A DNA stretch of 64,000 nt from Escherichia phage vB_EcoM-RPN242: the sequence record OL656110.1. One strand, 5' to 3'. A model generated the notes under the pieces. The model was given only the letters and a program-made list of their open reading frames with translations. It was not told where the DNA came from and made no database searches. Numbering within the stretch: the first letter of the stretch is position 1; every line of letters begins with the position of its first letter. Below are positions 27,156 to 38,070 of the stretch, one piece after another. The position numbers and the translations under genes are program-made.

Positions 27156-29381
27156 TCACGCTTCTGGCGAGGGGATAGTAAACCAATCGGACGCTGTTCC
27201 TGTTGTAGTGCCTTTATGCCTCCAGCCACTAACAGTTCTTTTTACCGTAGGGCTATCCTGCCAACCTGTTGCCGGGAGAAAGAAATTCCTCACTGGGGCG
27301 GGGTTTAACGCTCCAGTAGCTGGCGTGGCGGTTCCAGTCTGAGATGATACGAAGGTGGTTACTGTTGAGTAATCTATTACGTTATCATCATGAAACGCAT
27401 TCGTGTATAGATTTGCGGGTGCTGAGTTAACGAAGAATGCCGTAGTAACCCCGCTAACCTTGTTTCTATATACGTTGTTCCATCTACAGTTACCACCAAG
27501 GCGTATACCCTCAGAATCAGAAGCCCCCGCAATGGTGTTACTATCTATGTCACAATATTGGAAACTTTGAGCTACTAAAAACCGGCAACTATTACGCGTA
27601 ACCCTGCCGTAAGTAGACGTACCATTGGCATAGTAAACTGTTATATTGCCAGATGTTAAACAGTCTTTAATCGAGAAATTGGTCATAGGGCTAGTAAGGT
27701 ATACACTGCCAGTACCTTTCACTGTAATGTTTATATTTTTTCTAACTGTCAGGGTGTATGCGGGCGCGCTATACATACTGACTATATACCCGTTCGCCCC
27801 TGTATTTACAGGGACATTTGCATCCACTGTCACATAATCACAGTCCTTAATTAATATCGCAGCGGTTGTTTGAGCGCCAGTCTTTACGAATCTAATAGAC
27901 GGGTTTGTGATGGTAAAGTTCTGGCATTGCTCCATAAAGATAACGCCTGATACTTGATCGTCTGCCGCCAGCGAGTCTACAACAATACGCTGAGCACCAA
28001 ATGCCCCCATAACCCCATACTTTCCGCCTTTAATATAATCAGCATGGGTGTTGCAGTCGAAGCATTTTGCACCAAAATATATACCTCCGTTGTTGGCCGT
28101 AGGTTTTAGGGTGTTATGGGATGTACGGATGTTACGGCAGCCAGCATAAGATATTATTTGCGCATCCCCACCGGTCCCTCCAATGTGGGTCGTACCTGTA
28201 ACAGTACAATCTGTAGATCCGTAACCAAAAAATATATTACCATTTCCGACACGCCCGGTATGGGTAGTGTTGTGGTACACCACACCGTACGCGTTATCAT
28301 GCCTTGAACCGCCATTTCCATTATAATCAAAAACAGTACCATGGAACTCTATAAGCGAAGCCCCCACAGATTGGTACATGTAGCTAGACCCTGACGCAGA
28401 ATTTTTTAAGATTCCCCCGATGAACTTAGTAGCGTTGCCTTTTATAAGATAAATAACCGAATTGGTGGTAGTTAGGTCCCACGGTAAAGCCGTTGCTAAA
28501 TTTACGGTAGCACCTGATATGGACGAGATTAAAAAAGATTCGCCTTGGTATCCGGTTACATCCGGATTCTGTGCGTTGGCAATATACCAAGCGTCACTTG
28601 TGTCCTCAGTGCGTATTACCAACGCCCGAGTATACCCAGTTCCTGCCACCTCAGATGTTAATGTGATGGACGTTGCTCCGGAAGCCGCAGGGGAAAGCAA
28701 GCTGAATTGGCTCTCGCTGACGAAATTAAGAGCATTAGCGGTCAATGATGTCAACCCAGCACCGTGACCGAAAGTAAAAATCGTACCTTTTGGTATGTTG
28801 ACTTGTGAATGGGAAATTGTCATGCCCGGAGGAACAAAAACATTCCCCGAGTTAATGGCTAACTGTAAACTAGATGCCTCATCAGACCCATCACCGACAA
28901 CCCCAAAAGCACGCACGTCCCGTAAATTAGGATCTGTCTGCGGCTTCCAGTCAGCGTTACCAACTGGGTTAGTTCCTGCGACAATAGTTACAGGTAAGGA
29001 ACCTAAGTAGGTGTAACCTATGCCATTATAAAATAGTAATTCATTTCTAGTATTCACAACTAAACCAGTAGCAAACGAGTCGGATAGGTTCACGAACTCT
29101 CTACGTGTAGCAGCCAGTTCCCCCAAATCAACTGTGCCTGCGGAATGAACCAGGACTGCATGTTTATTGAGGCTTACGGCAGTGGTTCCTACTGGAAGTA
29201 CAGGTAATGAGTAAGCACGTTGGGTAGACTTGTCATAGATTACTTTGTAGCCACCCAAGTCCACTCCCACAGCAAAGTAGACTACTTCATTTTGCTTAAC
29301 ACCAAACTTACGAGCAATGGCTTGCTTATTGGTAAGAATACCAGTAGAGCCTTTACCGCCTTGTGAGAACATTTCGTTCAT
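27156..29381 (-). CDS. tailspike protein (741 aa)
   Basis: N-terminal module (KQAIARKFGVKQNEVVYF...YKVIYDKSTQRAYSLP...VDLGELA) is shared with the other tailspike genes. Confidence 0.7.
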   Translation of the reverse strand: MNEMFSQGGKGSTGILTNKQAIARKFGVKQNEVVYFAVGVDLGGYKVIYDKSTQRAYSLPVLPVGTTAVSLNKHAVLVHSAGTVDLGELAATRREFVNLSDSFATGLVVNTRNELLFYNGIGYTYLGSLPVTIVAGTNPVGNADWKPQTDPNLRDVRAFGVVGDGSDEASSLQLAINSGNVFVPPGMTISHSQVNIPKGTIFTFGHGAGLTSLTANALNFVSESQFSLLSPAASGATSITLTSEVAGTGYTRALVIRTEDTSDAWYIANAQNPDVTGYQGESFLISSISGATVNLATALPWDLTTTNSVIYLIKGNATKFIGGILKNSASGSSYMYQSVGASLIEFHGTVFDYNGNGGSRHDNAYGVVYHNTTHTGRVGNGNIFFGYGSTDCTVTGTTHIGGTGGDAQIISYAGCRNIRTSHNTLKPTANNGGIYFGAKCFDCNTHADYIKGGKYGVMGAFGAQRIVVDSLAADDQVSGVIFMEQCQNFTITNPSIRFVKTGAQTTAAILIKDCDYVTVDANVPVNTGANGYIVSMYSAPAYTLTVRKNINITVKGTGSVYLTSPMTNFSIKDCLTSGNITVYYANGTSTYGRVTRNSCRFLVAQSFQYCDIDSNTIAGASDSEGIRLGGNCRWNNVYRNKVSGVTTAFFVNSAPANLYTNAFHDDNVIDYSTVTTFVSSQTGTATPATGALNPAPVRNFFLPATGWQDSPTVKRTVSGWRHKGTTTGTASDWFTIPSPEA

Positions 29382-29669
29382 AATGACCTCTTTGTTTTTC
29401 TAAGTAAGCCTCCCAACGTGGGGAGGCATGTAAGTAAAGTTATTTACCGATTCTCAATTCAGCTAACCAACCTAGAATTTGTTTATTGATTCTAGACGGG
29501 TAAGCAGCCTCTAACCATGCACATCGGTCTGGTATTAAACCTCACCTTGAACCAGCAGGAGTAACAAATTCTTTCCATCCTTTCTGTAGAACTCAGGTAT
29601 ACGCTTCTTTAATACCATTATTACCAACAATACTTGCATACACAACAGACACTAAACTCTATATAAGAA

Positions 29670-29688
29670 AAGGTCCCGAATGGGACCT
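29670..29688 (-). terminator. terminator hairpin AGGTCCCGAATGGGACCT
   Basis: Just past gene end 29700; minus strand followed by TTTCTTATAT. Confidence 0.55.
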
Positions 29689-29699
29689 TTATAATAAAA

Positions 29700-32108
29700 T
29701 TAAGGGCTAACCCGATACCACCCGTCGTAGCTAATATACAAACGTTTACCGGACACAACTGCATCAATGCGAAGCGTTTTTTCACCTTCAGTAAAGAACG
29801 CTCCTCCAGTGTTCCCGATGTTCATTCGAAAGCTGGCTGGAATATTTCCAGAGGTAAAACCGATGTCCCCGTTGTTCACCCCTGTTACTGCTATGTATGC
29901 GTAATCCCGCGCGACAGGAAATCCTGTCACAGATATGAACTGACTGGTGCCGGAACTCCATTCAATTGTCACATCAAACACACCGAATATATGAGCAAAA
30001 TCTCCGACATAATTTATGTTATGTACGGTATACTCGCCGTATGATATCACCGCATTGGTGCCTGATTGAACTGTAATTTCAGGCGAACCGGGGTCATTCG
30101 CTAAGAAAGTACGGTCTGGTCTGATTTTGGCGGATGAATTCGCCACCGTTCTGGTAACGTTGTTGAGCCAACCGGCCTCCACCGGATCCCCATTTCGCGT
30201 AGACCTTACAATGTTGTTACGCAATATTGCGTTAAAAAACGTAATATCGGAGATGTAAATATTATGGTGCTGCCCGGCTACGGCCCCGCCAAACAACATC
30301 CCATTAGAGTTGTACTCATAAGATACGTTGTTCTCAATGATGCTGTTGCGCGCCACTCCATTTAATTCTAGCCATGATATGTTAGACGGGCCTGTGTAAT
30401 CAGAACCAAGTCTAATACTGGTGTTATTGGTGAATGAGCTATGGTCGAAATTATCCAATCTCCAGTTAATACCCAGAGTGCCTTCTTGACCATTCCCAGT
30501 TACCGTTACCCCTAGCAGGTTCTGTAATATATAGCCATAACACACTCTTGTCCTGTCCGGATAATAGTCGTTCCTGTTAGTGTGATCACAGGCATTAGCC
30601 TCTATAACAGAGTATTTAAGATCCCGATAGCAATGCCCATAATCACGGCAACTATTACTATAGTTAGTAGATATTACGCATGAAGTGCCGTTGTTTATAA
30701 ATATCCCACCGAGACATGCGGTAACGCGGTTGTTTCCTACTCGCGACGCAAATACAACAGGGAGAATTAGCCCATACTTGCAATCGTAAATATAGACGTC
30801 TTCTATCGTGGCGTCGGATACCACGCCTGCATTTACGATACCAAATTCTACCGCGTGGTTTTCCGTTGTAGTTTTTGTCCCATGCAGAGTAACCCCTGTG
30901 ATGACACCGGACCATCTTGAACTACTAGAATCCCCTAAACAAATAACCGCATTCATATCTGTAGGCAGGGTTCCGGTATATCCTCCAGATAGTGCAGGCG
31001 CCGTCACCAGAACTGTAACGGTAGTGGATGTCGTTTTCGTTATAGTAACTGATTCGCGACTTCTCCCTATTACTGATACATTCGATGGTAGAGCAAGAGT
31101 ACTGCTTATTTTATAGTTACCATCCGGGAAATAAACCACGCCTTTTGTGGTGCTGGCATAAGCTATAGCTGCTTTTATAGCTACCGTATCATCAGTAGCT
31201 CCGTCACCAACAGCACCAAAATCTTTAACGTTATAGTAGTCTTTAAAATGGCTATCAATGGTTCGCTTAATTGCAGAAGAAACACCAGATAAGCCAGAAT
31301 TTACTAATGTTCCCCCATCAGTAACCATAGCCGTTTTATATACCTGCAACTCATTCTCCACTGGAGTTACATCATTGGGTGCAGGGAGCAGGTCAACAAC
31401 AATCCCACCAGGATTGTATGTTAGTTGGTCACCATTAACGGAAGAAATATATACGTTAGTAGGCAATGTAGGCAACCCATATGCCTTCTGCTCACTAACA
31501 GAATAAATAATCTTCTTACCATTGAGGGACTGAGTAGTATCGGTGCTAAGAATTACTTCACTATCTTTAACGTTAGTAGCACGAGCGATTTCTTGAATAC
31601 TTCGGTCAAACAACGGACTGATATTCGGTTGTTTAACAGACATTTCAGCGACTACCCAAACGCCTGCTGTCAGCGCAGTTTGTAAAGACACTTTCCCTGT
31701 CGTGCTGTCATAGGAATATTCAATTTCGGGTGTTTTGTACTCACCACCGATATAAAGAGATTGGACTCCATAAGATGTGTAATCAGGAGTGAACTCGGTT
31801 TCACCTCCTATAGCCTGAAACTTATAGATTCGAATCCCAGTTTTATAATCTTCTGGAGACAGAATCTTATCAAACAGACAGAACACAACGTCACCTTTGG
31901 ATAATGCGCGTCCGAGATTTAACGTATTTCCATCGATTTCAAAGTTGTCTAACGGAACTTGCATACCACCGTTGATTGTGACTATACCAGTGACAGGGTA
32001 GAAAGGGAGGGAGATAAACTTCTCTCCGCCCGTTGCTGTGTAAGTGTATGGAATCTGGTGCGGAGCTGTTACGACCGCTCCAAAGATGCTCTCGACGTTT
32101 CTGGTCAT
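29700..32108 (-). CDS. tailspike protein (about 802 aa)
   Basis: ATG at 32108 follows GGGGTATTTTCAA; shares the module IARATNVKDSEVIL...KKIIYSVSEQKAYGLP with the others. Confidence 0.7.
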   Translation of the reverse strand: MTRNVESIFGAVVTAPHQIPYTYTATGGEKFISLPFYPVTGIVTINGGMQVPLDNFEIDGNTLNLGRALSKGDVVFCLFDKILSPEDYKTGIRIYKFQAIGGETEFTPDYTSYGVQSLYIGGEYKTPEIEYSYDSTTGKVSLQTALTAGVWVVAEMSVKQPNISPLFDRSIQEIARATNVKDSEVILSTDTTQSLNGKKIIYSVSEQKAYGLPTLPTNVYISSVNGDQLTYNPGGIVVDLLPAPNDVTPVENELQVYKTAMVTDGGTLVNSGLSGVSSAIKRTIDSHFKDYYNVKDFGAVGDGATDDTVAIKAAIAYASTTKGVVYFPDGNYKISSTLALPSNVSVIGRSRESVTITKTTSTTVTVLVTAPALSGGYTGTLPTDMNAVICLGDSSSSRWSGVITGVTLHGTKTTTENHAVEFGIVNAGVVSDATIEDVYIYDCKYGLILPVVFASRVGNNRVTACLGGIFINNGTSCVISTNYSNSCRDYGHCYRDLKYSVIEANACDHTNRNDYYPDRTRVCYGYILQNLLGVTVTGNGQEGTLGINWRLDNFDHSSFTNNTSIRLGSDYTGPSNISWLELNGVARNSIIENNVSYEYNSNGMLFGGAVAGQHHNIYISDITFFNAILRNNIVRSTRNGDPVEAGWLNNVTRTVANSSAKIRPDRTFLANDPGSPEITVQSGTNAVISYGEYTVHNINYVGDFAHIFGVFDVTIEWSSGTSQFISVTGFPVARDYAYIAVTGVNNGDIGFTSGNIPASFRMNIGNTGGAFFTEGEKTLRIDAVVSGKRLYISYDGWYRVSP

Positions 32109-32140
32109 TTGAAAATACCCCATAAAGGATTTGCCAATAT

Positions 32141-32151
32141 GGGGTATTTAG
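32141..32151 (-). promoter_or_regulatory. late promoter CTAAATACCCC with inverted repeat
   Basis: CTAAATACCCCATATTGGCAAATCCTTTATGGGGTATTTTCAA-ATG; 12-bp arms. Confidence 0.6.
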
Positions 32152-32185
32152 TCTGAACTAATAAATTTATAAACAAATGTATAGA

Positions 32186-32220
32186 GAAACCCCGCCGAAG
32201 CGGGGCTAGTTTTTATTTGT
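32186..32220. terminator. hairpin CCCCGCCGAAGCGGGG with T-run on the plus side
   Basis: Same hairpin core as at 7347 and 34851; located just past the end of 32227..34776. Confidence 0.55.
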
Positions 32221-32226
32221 GGTGTG

Positions 32227-34776
32227 TCAATTGAGTTTTGATATCTCTACAGTTATACCGAATACGTTATTCGGTCTACTTGTGGTTGTAGCTATAGTTA
32301 GCTCAAAGAAATGCGCGTTTATATCTGGTGACTGTGTGTATCCCGCAGAATTAGTTAATGTTACATTGAGTGATATGTCCGAATCTGTTACGCCGTTTAT
32401 GCGAATTTCATTCACAGGTCCTGATAGCGACGCGGCGGAAGTTGCACCTATCTTATGATTTACCAGGTACGTCTTCTCAATATAAGCAACGGATCCCCCA
32501 TTATTATATGAAGAGCACGACTTAACTTTTACCAGTAGGTTTTGCGATTCTAATGTTCCATAGTTATCAAAAATCTTTAAAACTTTGTTAGCAGATGCAC
32601 CAGAAATGCTTCCACAGTTCACTTCCCATAATGTAGTTCTATTCGCATTCGGTGCGTTCTCATACATGTAGAAACTACCATCTGGAATTACCCTGTTGTT
32701 TATTAATGTTTTCAGATTTCCGCAGTTACCTATTAGTCTCACGTGGGCATTGATGTTTGTTAATGTTACTGTTTTTATTTTTGATTCTGTGTTTGCGCAC
32801 CTAATAGAACCACCCATGCAGTTAATATTTTCGTAATAGACATTACCAGCTTGCCACGGTAACGCGAAAATATCGTCCGCCCGGTTTTTATAATTGAGCG
32901 CAACATTAGCAGCAATCCAGTCTCGGTGCATAGAAGAATCACCAGTAAATGTGACGATACCTATTTGAGGGTCTTCTGCTGGGGTTGTGCCCAAACTGGC
33001 AACTATATTGATATCTGTCAGCTCACCACCAAGACATCTTATATTTGGCATATCATATTCTTCGGTGGCAAATACGTTACGCCATTTAGCATCAAAACCA
33101 GCGTGCGAGTCCATCGTGGCGAAGTTATTATAACCGAAGCACTTTTTAACCTCGAACTTGTTGAACCATGTTGTTGGGGAGGCAGCATGTCTACAGAATG
33201 ATGCTGTGATGCTATCAACAACTGTATCGTAAGTGCCCGCCGCAGGGCTGATAGGATACTGACACCTATTAGCAACTACATTGCCAATCCTTGGCATATA
33301 GCAAGCTATTAATAAGTACGAGGAACCACCACTGGTTTCCACGTCACCAGAAAAGACTGGCATATAAAAACCACGGAACCATGAAGATGAAACCCCAAAT
33401 GATGCGGTGCCTATATTAACAAAAGATGAGTTATCACGGTTGTTAAAGTGCTCCATCTTGAAGTTATTGAAAATCAACCTTACCGGTTTGTACCTGTTAA
33501 CCTTAACGTTGTTTGCTACTAGATGATCGAATAGCGCTGGCCTATCAACTTTCATATTAGAACCAGATTCACGCTCTGCAATAAACAACTCCCTTGAGTT
33601 AAAATTCCACTGAGTCTCGTACGTCTTGTTGTCCTCTATATAAATCAAATCACCCTCTACAGCCCCAGCCACCCGCGCAACTGTGGAGCCGCTTACCATA
33701 TCAGCTAGAAGTGAAGACTGAATCTCGGTTGATGACAGGTGCATTTCCACCCCATCAGAGGCCCCGAACAGCTTTATGCCAGACCAATCAACAACTAAGT
33801 TTTTATCAATCGACAATAGTTCTATATTACTGGTTACAGTAACCTCACCGACTGACCTGAAGTATCCACGGCACCCGGATGTGTAAGCTACAGTCAGGAA
33901 TTCAGATATAGTCTGGCCTGATACAGACCCTCCAGCGGTTATGCCGAAATCATCTCCGCAAATCGCGCTTATAGGGGTAAATGATGTTAATGCCGGCTGG
34001 GAAGCAGACCTGACCCACATTGTACCGCCGGTTGAGCATACCGAATCTACAGGTAACTCTGCCTCCGTGGACGCAATCATCTCGTAAAAAGAGGAGAAAT
34101 GTTTGTATATTCCAGCAACTTTGTAACCACCAGTTATAGGATTAGTCCCAGCGACAACTATACCAGCAGGACCGGAGAACGCCTTACCAGTGCGTTCTTG
34201 TAGTAGCACATCGTTGGCGTTCACTAGTGTACCGCCCGACTCAAAGCTACCATCTACTAGATTATAGCCTGCTGTTGCATAGCTACGGCGCAACGCCTCA
34301 CGGGTCTGTGTACTTGTGAACTGATTGGAGCACCTAATATAACCACTCCCTGGAAGAGTAGGGTCTGTGCCAGCAGGAACTACTTTAGGTAATGCCCCAT
34401 CCCAACGGTACTTCCCATCTGTAAAGACAACTAATTCATTCTTGGTATTAACTGTTACACCGGTATCAAATGACCCAGACAATGTGACGTACTCTTCACG
34501 AGATACAGCCAATTCCCCGAGATCTACAGAACCTGCTGAATGTACCAGGATTGCCTGTTCGTTCAGACTTATCGCAGTCGTTCCTGAAACAATACCTGAA
34601 GGAAGAGAATAAGCCCGTTGGGTAGACTCATCATAAATTACTTTAAATCCACTGAGATCAATACCAGCAGTGAAATAAATGACTTCGTCTTCTTTGACAC
34701 CGAAATTTCGAGCGATAGATTGTTTGTTAACTTCTATGGAAGTGGAGCCGCGTGGTTGATTGAATTGAGAAATCAT
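32227..34776 (-). CDS. tailspike protein (849 aa)
   Basis: Shared N-terminal module; contains a 160-bp segment nearly identical to one in the next gene. Confidence 0.7.
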   Translation of the reverse strand: MISQFNQPRGSTSIEVNKQSIARNFGVKEDEVIYFTAGIDLSGFKVIYDESTQRAYSLPSGIVSGTTAISLNEQAILVHSAGSVDLGELAVSREEYVTLSGSFDTGVTVNTKNELVVFTDGKYRWDGALPKVVPAGTDPTLPGSGYIRCSNQFTSTQTREALRRSYATAGYNLVDGSFESGGTLVNANDVLLQERTGKAFSGPAGIVVAGTNPITGGYKVAGIYKHFSSFYEMIASTEAELPVDSVCSTGGTMWVRSASQPALTSFTPISAICGDDFGITAGGSVSGQTISEFLTVAYTSGCRGYFRSVGEVTVTSNIELLSIDKNLVVDWSGIKLFGASDGVEMHLSSTEIQSSLLADMVSGSTVARVAGAVEGDLIYIEDNKTYETQWNFNSRELFIAERESGSNMKVDRPALFDHLVANNVKVNRYKPVRLIFNNFKMEHFNNRDNSSFVNIGTASFGVSSSWFRGFYMPVFSGDVETSGGSSYLLIACYMPRIGNVVANRCQYPISPAAGTYDTVVDSITASFCRHAASPTTWFNKFEVKKCFGYNNFATMDSHAGFDAKWRNVFATEEYDMPNIRCLGGELTDINIVASLGTTPAEDPQIGIVTFTGDSSMHRDWIAANVALNYKNRADDIFALPWQAGNVYYENINCMGGSIRCANTESKIKTVTLTNINAHVRLIGNCGNLKTLINNRVIPDGSFYMYENAPNANRTTLWEVNCGSISGASANKVLKIFDNYGTLESQNLLVKVKSCSSYNNGGSVAYIEKTYLVNHKIGATSAASLSGPVNEIRINGVTDSDISLNVTLTNSAGYTQSPDINAHFFELTIATTTSRPNNVFGITVEISKLN

Positions 34777-34802
34777 GATAATACCCCAAGAATGACCAAT
34801 AT

Positions 34803-34813
34803 GGGGTATTTAG
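34803..34813 (-). promoter_or_regulatory. late promoter CTAAATACCCC with inverted repeat
   Basis: CTAAATACCCCATATTGGTCATTCTTGGGGTATTATC-ATG. Confidence 0.6.
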
Positions 34814-34848
34814 TCTGAACTAATAAATTTATGAACAAAGTTATAATA

Positions 34849-34872
34849 AGAACCCCGCCGAAGCGGGGTTTA
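34849..34872. terminator. hairpin CCCCGCCGAAGCGGGG
   Basis: Third copy of this hairpin core; just past gene end 34876. Confidence 0.55.
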
Positions 34873-34875
34873 TTG

Positions 34876-37800
34876 TTATGATGCATTTGCTGATTTGTTT
34901 AAATACCATCCGTAGTTCGTTTTTATTAACTCTACAATCTCCCCGTTTGTCTTGTATTTTGTCTTCCCGGTTTCTGTATTATACATAATTCTGTCGGTGA
35001 CAGAGACGCCGGACGCTTGTTTTGAAAGCGTCACAACAGTGTTGCCGGATAACGGAAGTATTGATATCCTTTGTCCGATATATCCACCAGTGATTGACGT
35101 TATCACTGATCCATTACTTCCAGCGTCGAGATAAAATACGTCGCAAGAGTTGGCATCTAATGTAGTTGTTTCAGTTGTTAGCGTTTTCGTTGGCGACGAA
35201 ATACCAAGCACAAATGATGAACCGTTCCATGTATATTCTTTGCCGTCAGCAAGACCAATCACTCGCTCGTTGATTCTTAAATCGGGTGCAAAAGTCTTTC
35301 TAATGTCAACAATTTTAATAGTGCCACAAAACGGGACAGGGATAATCACGTTACCTGCAAGCCTGTTAATAGTGTAAATTGAATTGCTGATCGTCCACTG
35401 TCTACCGTTCCACATACTCATAAATGAACCAGAAGATAGAAGCACGGTTGAACTGTAACCTGCTTCCAAAGCATTTGTGTCTGTTATCATGCCGCGATCA
35501 ATAGGATTGCTAAAATCGTCAGAGCAGTCGAATACTCTAATGTTTGCACGTCCTTCATAATTACCTGATTGACCAACAGGTGCGATAACAAAGAGATAAT
35601 CCTTATCAAAACCATAATCAGGGCCAACGCGTAAGAACGACGCCATACAGTTAGTGGTAGGGAACTGTCCTTTTACAACCCACTTTCCACTAGAATCTTG
35701 CATCAATAGCTTTTGAATGGCTATTTTGTACGGCTTAGTGGTCGTATCTGCTGCGCGCTCAATGGCAAACGGTGTTCCGTCATAAAAATTTCCGAAACCA
35801 ATTTCACCGCCAGATGTACCGAGAGTATCGGTATCCGTGTCTTTCCTGACATCTTCACCGTAGGTGTAGTTACCGCTATCATCAACTGTGATATACCCCT
35901 CAACTATTCCGGTAGATAGTTGAGTTAAATAATAATAAGGAATTGCAGGCTTGCCATTTATGTACCCGACTTGTGTAGGTGCAATTGATGAGAAGTAAGC
36001 ACCAGATGGTTTAACCAATGGCGTAATATCAACAGGGGTGCTCCATGTATTGCCACCATCCTTTGATATGACATATTCAATAGTTGATGTTGTGTCAGGG
36101 TTAGTTCCTTGTTGTGCATGCCCCCACCCAGTAATCCCCTTCATTGATGTAAAGAAACAATACAAATATCCATCAAGATTATTTAGGAATAGTACCGTTT
36201 CAGAAGTGGCATATCCTGGCCCTTTGTTAACAACAGTTCCAGTGGTCCAGTTCACACCGTTATCATCAGATATTAGGTAATCAATGTGCATAGGTGTGCC
36301 GTCCTGTCCTGGGTCAATATTAGCACCATCCTTCACTGTGTAGATACATACCACCCGCCCACTTGGAAGTGACACCGCTTTTGGTGCAAAGTTAAATACA
36401 TTCTCCACATAAGTTTGCAACTGTAAGCGCAAATTATTGTTAAAGCTTCTTGAGTATTTATTCCCAAAAGCGAAATTAAATCTATTTTTTGCAATTGATT
36501 GCCTTTTGTAAAGCTCAAAATCTTTATCCTTGACTGCTCCGTTAACTAAATCAACTCCGTCATCATCAGCCAGGTCACTTCTTAAACTTACATCACCAAC
36601 ACTTAACCATTTTCCTGCACCAGTACCACCAGCACTCCCTGGGGTTGAGCCAGCAGAAACCTCTTTAGGCAATTCCCCATCCCAGCGATACTTCCCATCT
36701 GTAAAGACAACTAATTCATTCTTGGTATTAACTGTTACACCGGTATCAAATGACCCGGACAATGTGACGTACTCTTCACGAGATACAGCCAATTCCCCGA
36801 GATCTACAGAACCCGCTGAATGCACAAGTACAGCGGAAGGACTAAGACTGACAGCAGTAGTACCAGGGGCAATATCAGCAGGCAAGGGATAAGCCCTTTG
36901 CGTCTCCTTGTCATAAATAACTTTATACCCACTTAACGCAGCACCAACACTAAAATAAACGACCTCTGTATCTTTAACATTGGTTACACGAGCAACTTCC
37001 CGCAAAGTATAATCAATTTGATTGTAGATGTTTGGTGTTCCATTGATAATTACAACAACTTCATCCTCTGGTTCCAGTTCTTGCGCAAGAGTGATTTTAC
37101 TGGTTGATGGATCGAATGTGAATCCCAGATTTTTATACTGGCGACTTCCGTTTATATCAATGGCCGGAACATCGTCAACAACGACGTCCAACGTGATTTC
37201 GGTTTCACCGCCAATCGCTGAACCCCCATTATAGACCCAGGTAATCGTAGAAGAACCAGAACCACCGACATTACCCAATTGAATAGGAGTATATTCAATC
37301 ACCTGAAGTTCTGTGCTGGCTGGCAAAGAAGGACTGAAAGTGATTACATTCCCATCTAGTGAATATTTGGATTCCGCAAGACGTTTTCCGTCAGCATACA
37401 CGTCCACGATTGTTGGTGGAGTATTGAGAGCGACAGAACTTGTTTCAGACGCCAAAATTTTTGTAAAGATTTCACGACTGTAGACACGGCCTTGGCCAAG
37501 ACCGACGCCGGATGTAATAATCCAACCTTGTTCAGGTCCAGACCAAGTGAACGTTGCTGATACGTTATCAGTTGTTATAGCCATGTCTTCAGTGGAGCCA
37601 TACAAATTATTTCCAGAAGGAGACACGGTCAATGGGTAAGTGGCAAATTTCCCATAAGCATCACAAATAGTAACGGAATCCCCAATACGCGTAGGGGAAG
37701 GGAGAACCACTGTAGATGCCCCTGTGGTATTATTAATGAGATAGCCTCGCCCTTCAGTGAGCGTTGCCGTAGAGGCATGCGGAAGGACTTCCCAGCGGAT

Positions 37801-38037
37801 ACCACCGCCACCCAGCGGCAACCATCCACCATTTTCATAGAAGCCCTCAAATTCGTCGGAGTCGGCATTGTAGCGAACGGAAGACGGGAGTCCTGCGCTG
37901 GCATTACCCTCGGGTAAAGTCAGGACAGCATCTGGTCCATGCTCAATCGTACCCGTGTTGAGGAGACCAGCCAAAGTAGACTGCTCTTCAGCCGCCAGAC
38001 CGAGAGGGAAAACAGGCTGTGTTGGTTTATTAGCCAT
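34876..38037 (-). CDS. long tailspike protein (about 1053 aa) with extended N-terminal domain
   Basis: ATG 38037 follows GGGGTATTTGAA; internal copy of the shared module (VARVTNVKDTEVVYF...YKVIYDKETQRAYPLP...VDLGELAVSREEYVTLSGSFDTGVTVNTKNELVVFTDGKYRWDG). Confidence 0.7.
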   Translation of the reverse strand: MANKPTQPVFPLGLAAEEQSTLAGLLNTGTIEHGPDAVLTLPEGNASAGLPSSVRYNADSDEFEGFYENGGWLPLGGGGIRWEVLPHASTATLTEGRGYLINNTTGASTVVLPSPTRIGDSVTICDAYGKFATYPLTVSPSGNNLYGSTEDMAITTDNVSATFTWSGPEQGWIITSGVGLGQGRVYSREIFTKILASETSSVALNTPPTIVDVYADGKRLAESKYSLDGNVITFSPSLPASTELQVIEYTPIQLGNVGGSGSSTITWVYNGGSAIGGETEITLDVVVDDVPAIDINGSRQYKNLGFTFDPSTSKITLAQELEPEDEVVVIINGTPNIYNQIDYTLREVARVTNVKDTEVVYFSVGAALSGYKVIYDKETQRAYPLPADIAPGTTAVSLSPSAVLVHSAGSVDLGELAVSREEYVTLSGSFDTGVTVNTKNELVVFTDGKYRWDGELPKEVSAGSTPGSAGGTGAGKWLSVGDVSLRSDLADDDGVDLVNGAVKDKDFELYKRQSIAKNRFNFAFGNKYSRSFNNNLRLQLQTYVENVFNFAPKAVSLPSGRVVCIYTVKDGANIDPGQDGTPMHIDYLISDDNGVNWTTGTVVNKGPGYATSETVLFLNNLDGYLYCFFTSMKGITGWGHAQQGTNPDTTSTIEYVISKDGGNTWSTPVDITPLVKPSGAYFSSIAPTQVGYINGKPAIPYYYLTQLSTGIVEGYITVDDSGNYTYGEDVRKDTDTDTLGTSGGEIGFGNFYDGTPFAIERAADTTTKPYKIAIQKLLMQDSSGKWVVKGQFPTTNCMASFLRVGPDYGFDKDYLFVIAPVGQSGNYEGRANIRVFDCSDDFSNPIDRGMITDTNALEAGYSSTVLLSSGSFMSMWNGRQWTISNSIYTINRLAGNVIIPVPFCGTIKIVDIRKTFAPDLRINERVIGLADGKEYTWNGSSFVLGISSPTKTLTTETTTLDANSCDVFYLDAGSNGSVITSITGGYIGQRISILPLSGNTVVTLSKQASGVSVTDRIMYNTETGKTKYKTNGEIVELIKTNYGWYLNKSANAS

Positions 38038-38070
38038 TTCAAATACCCCTAAATGTGTTCGTTTCATCTA

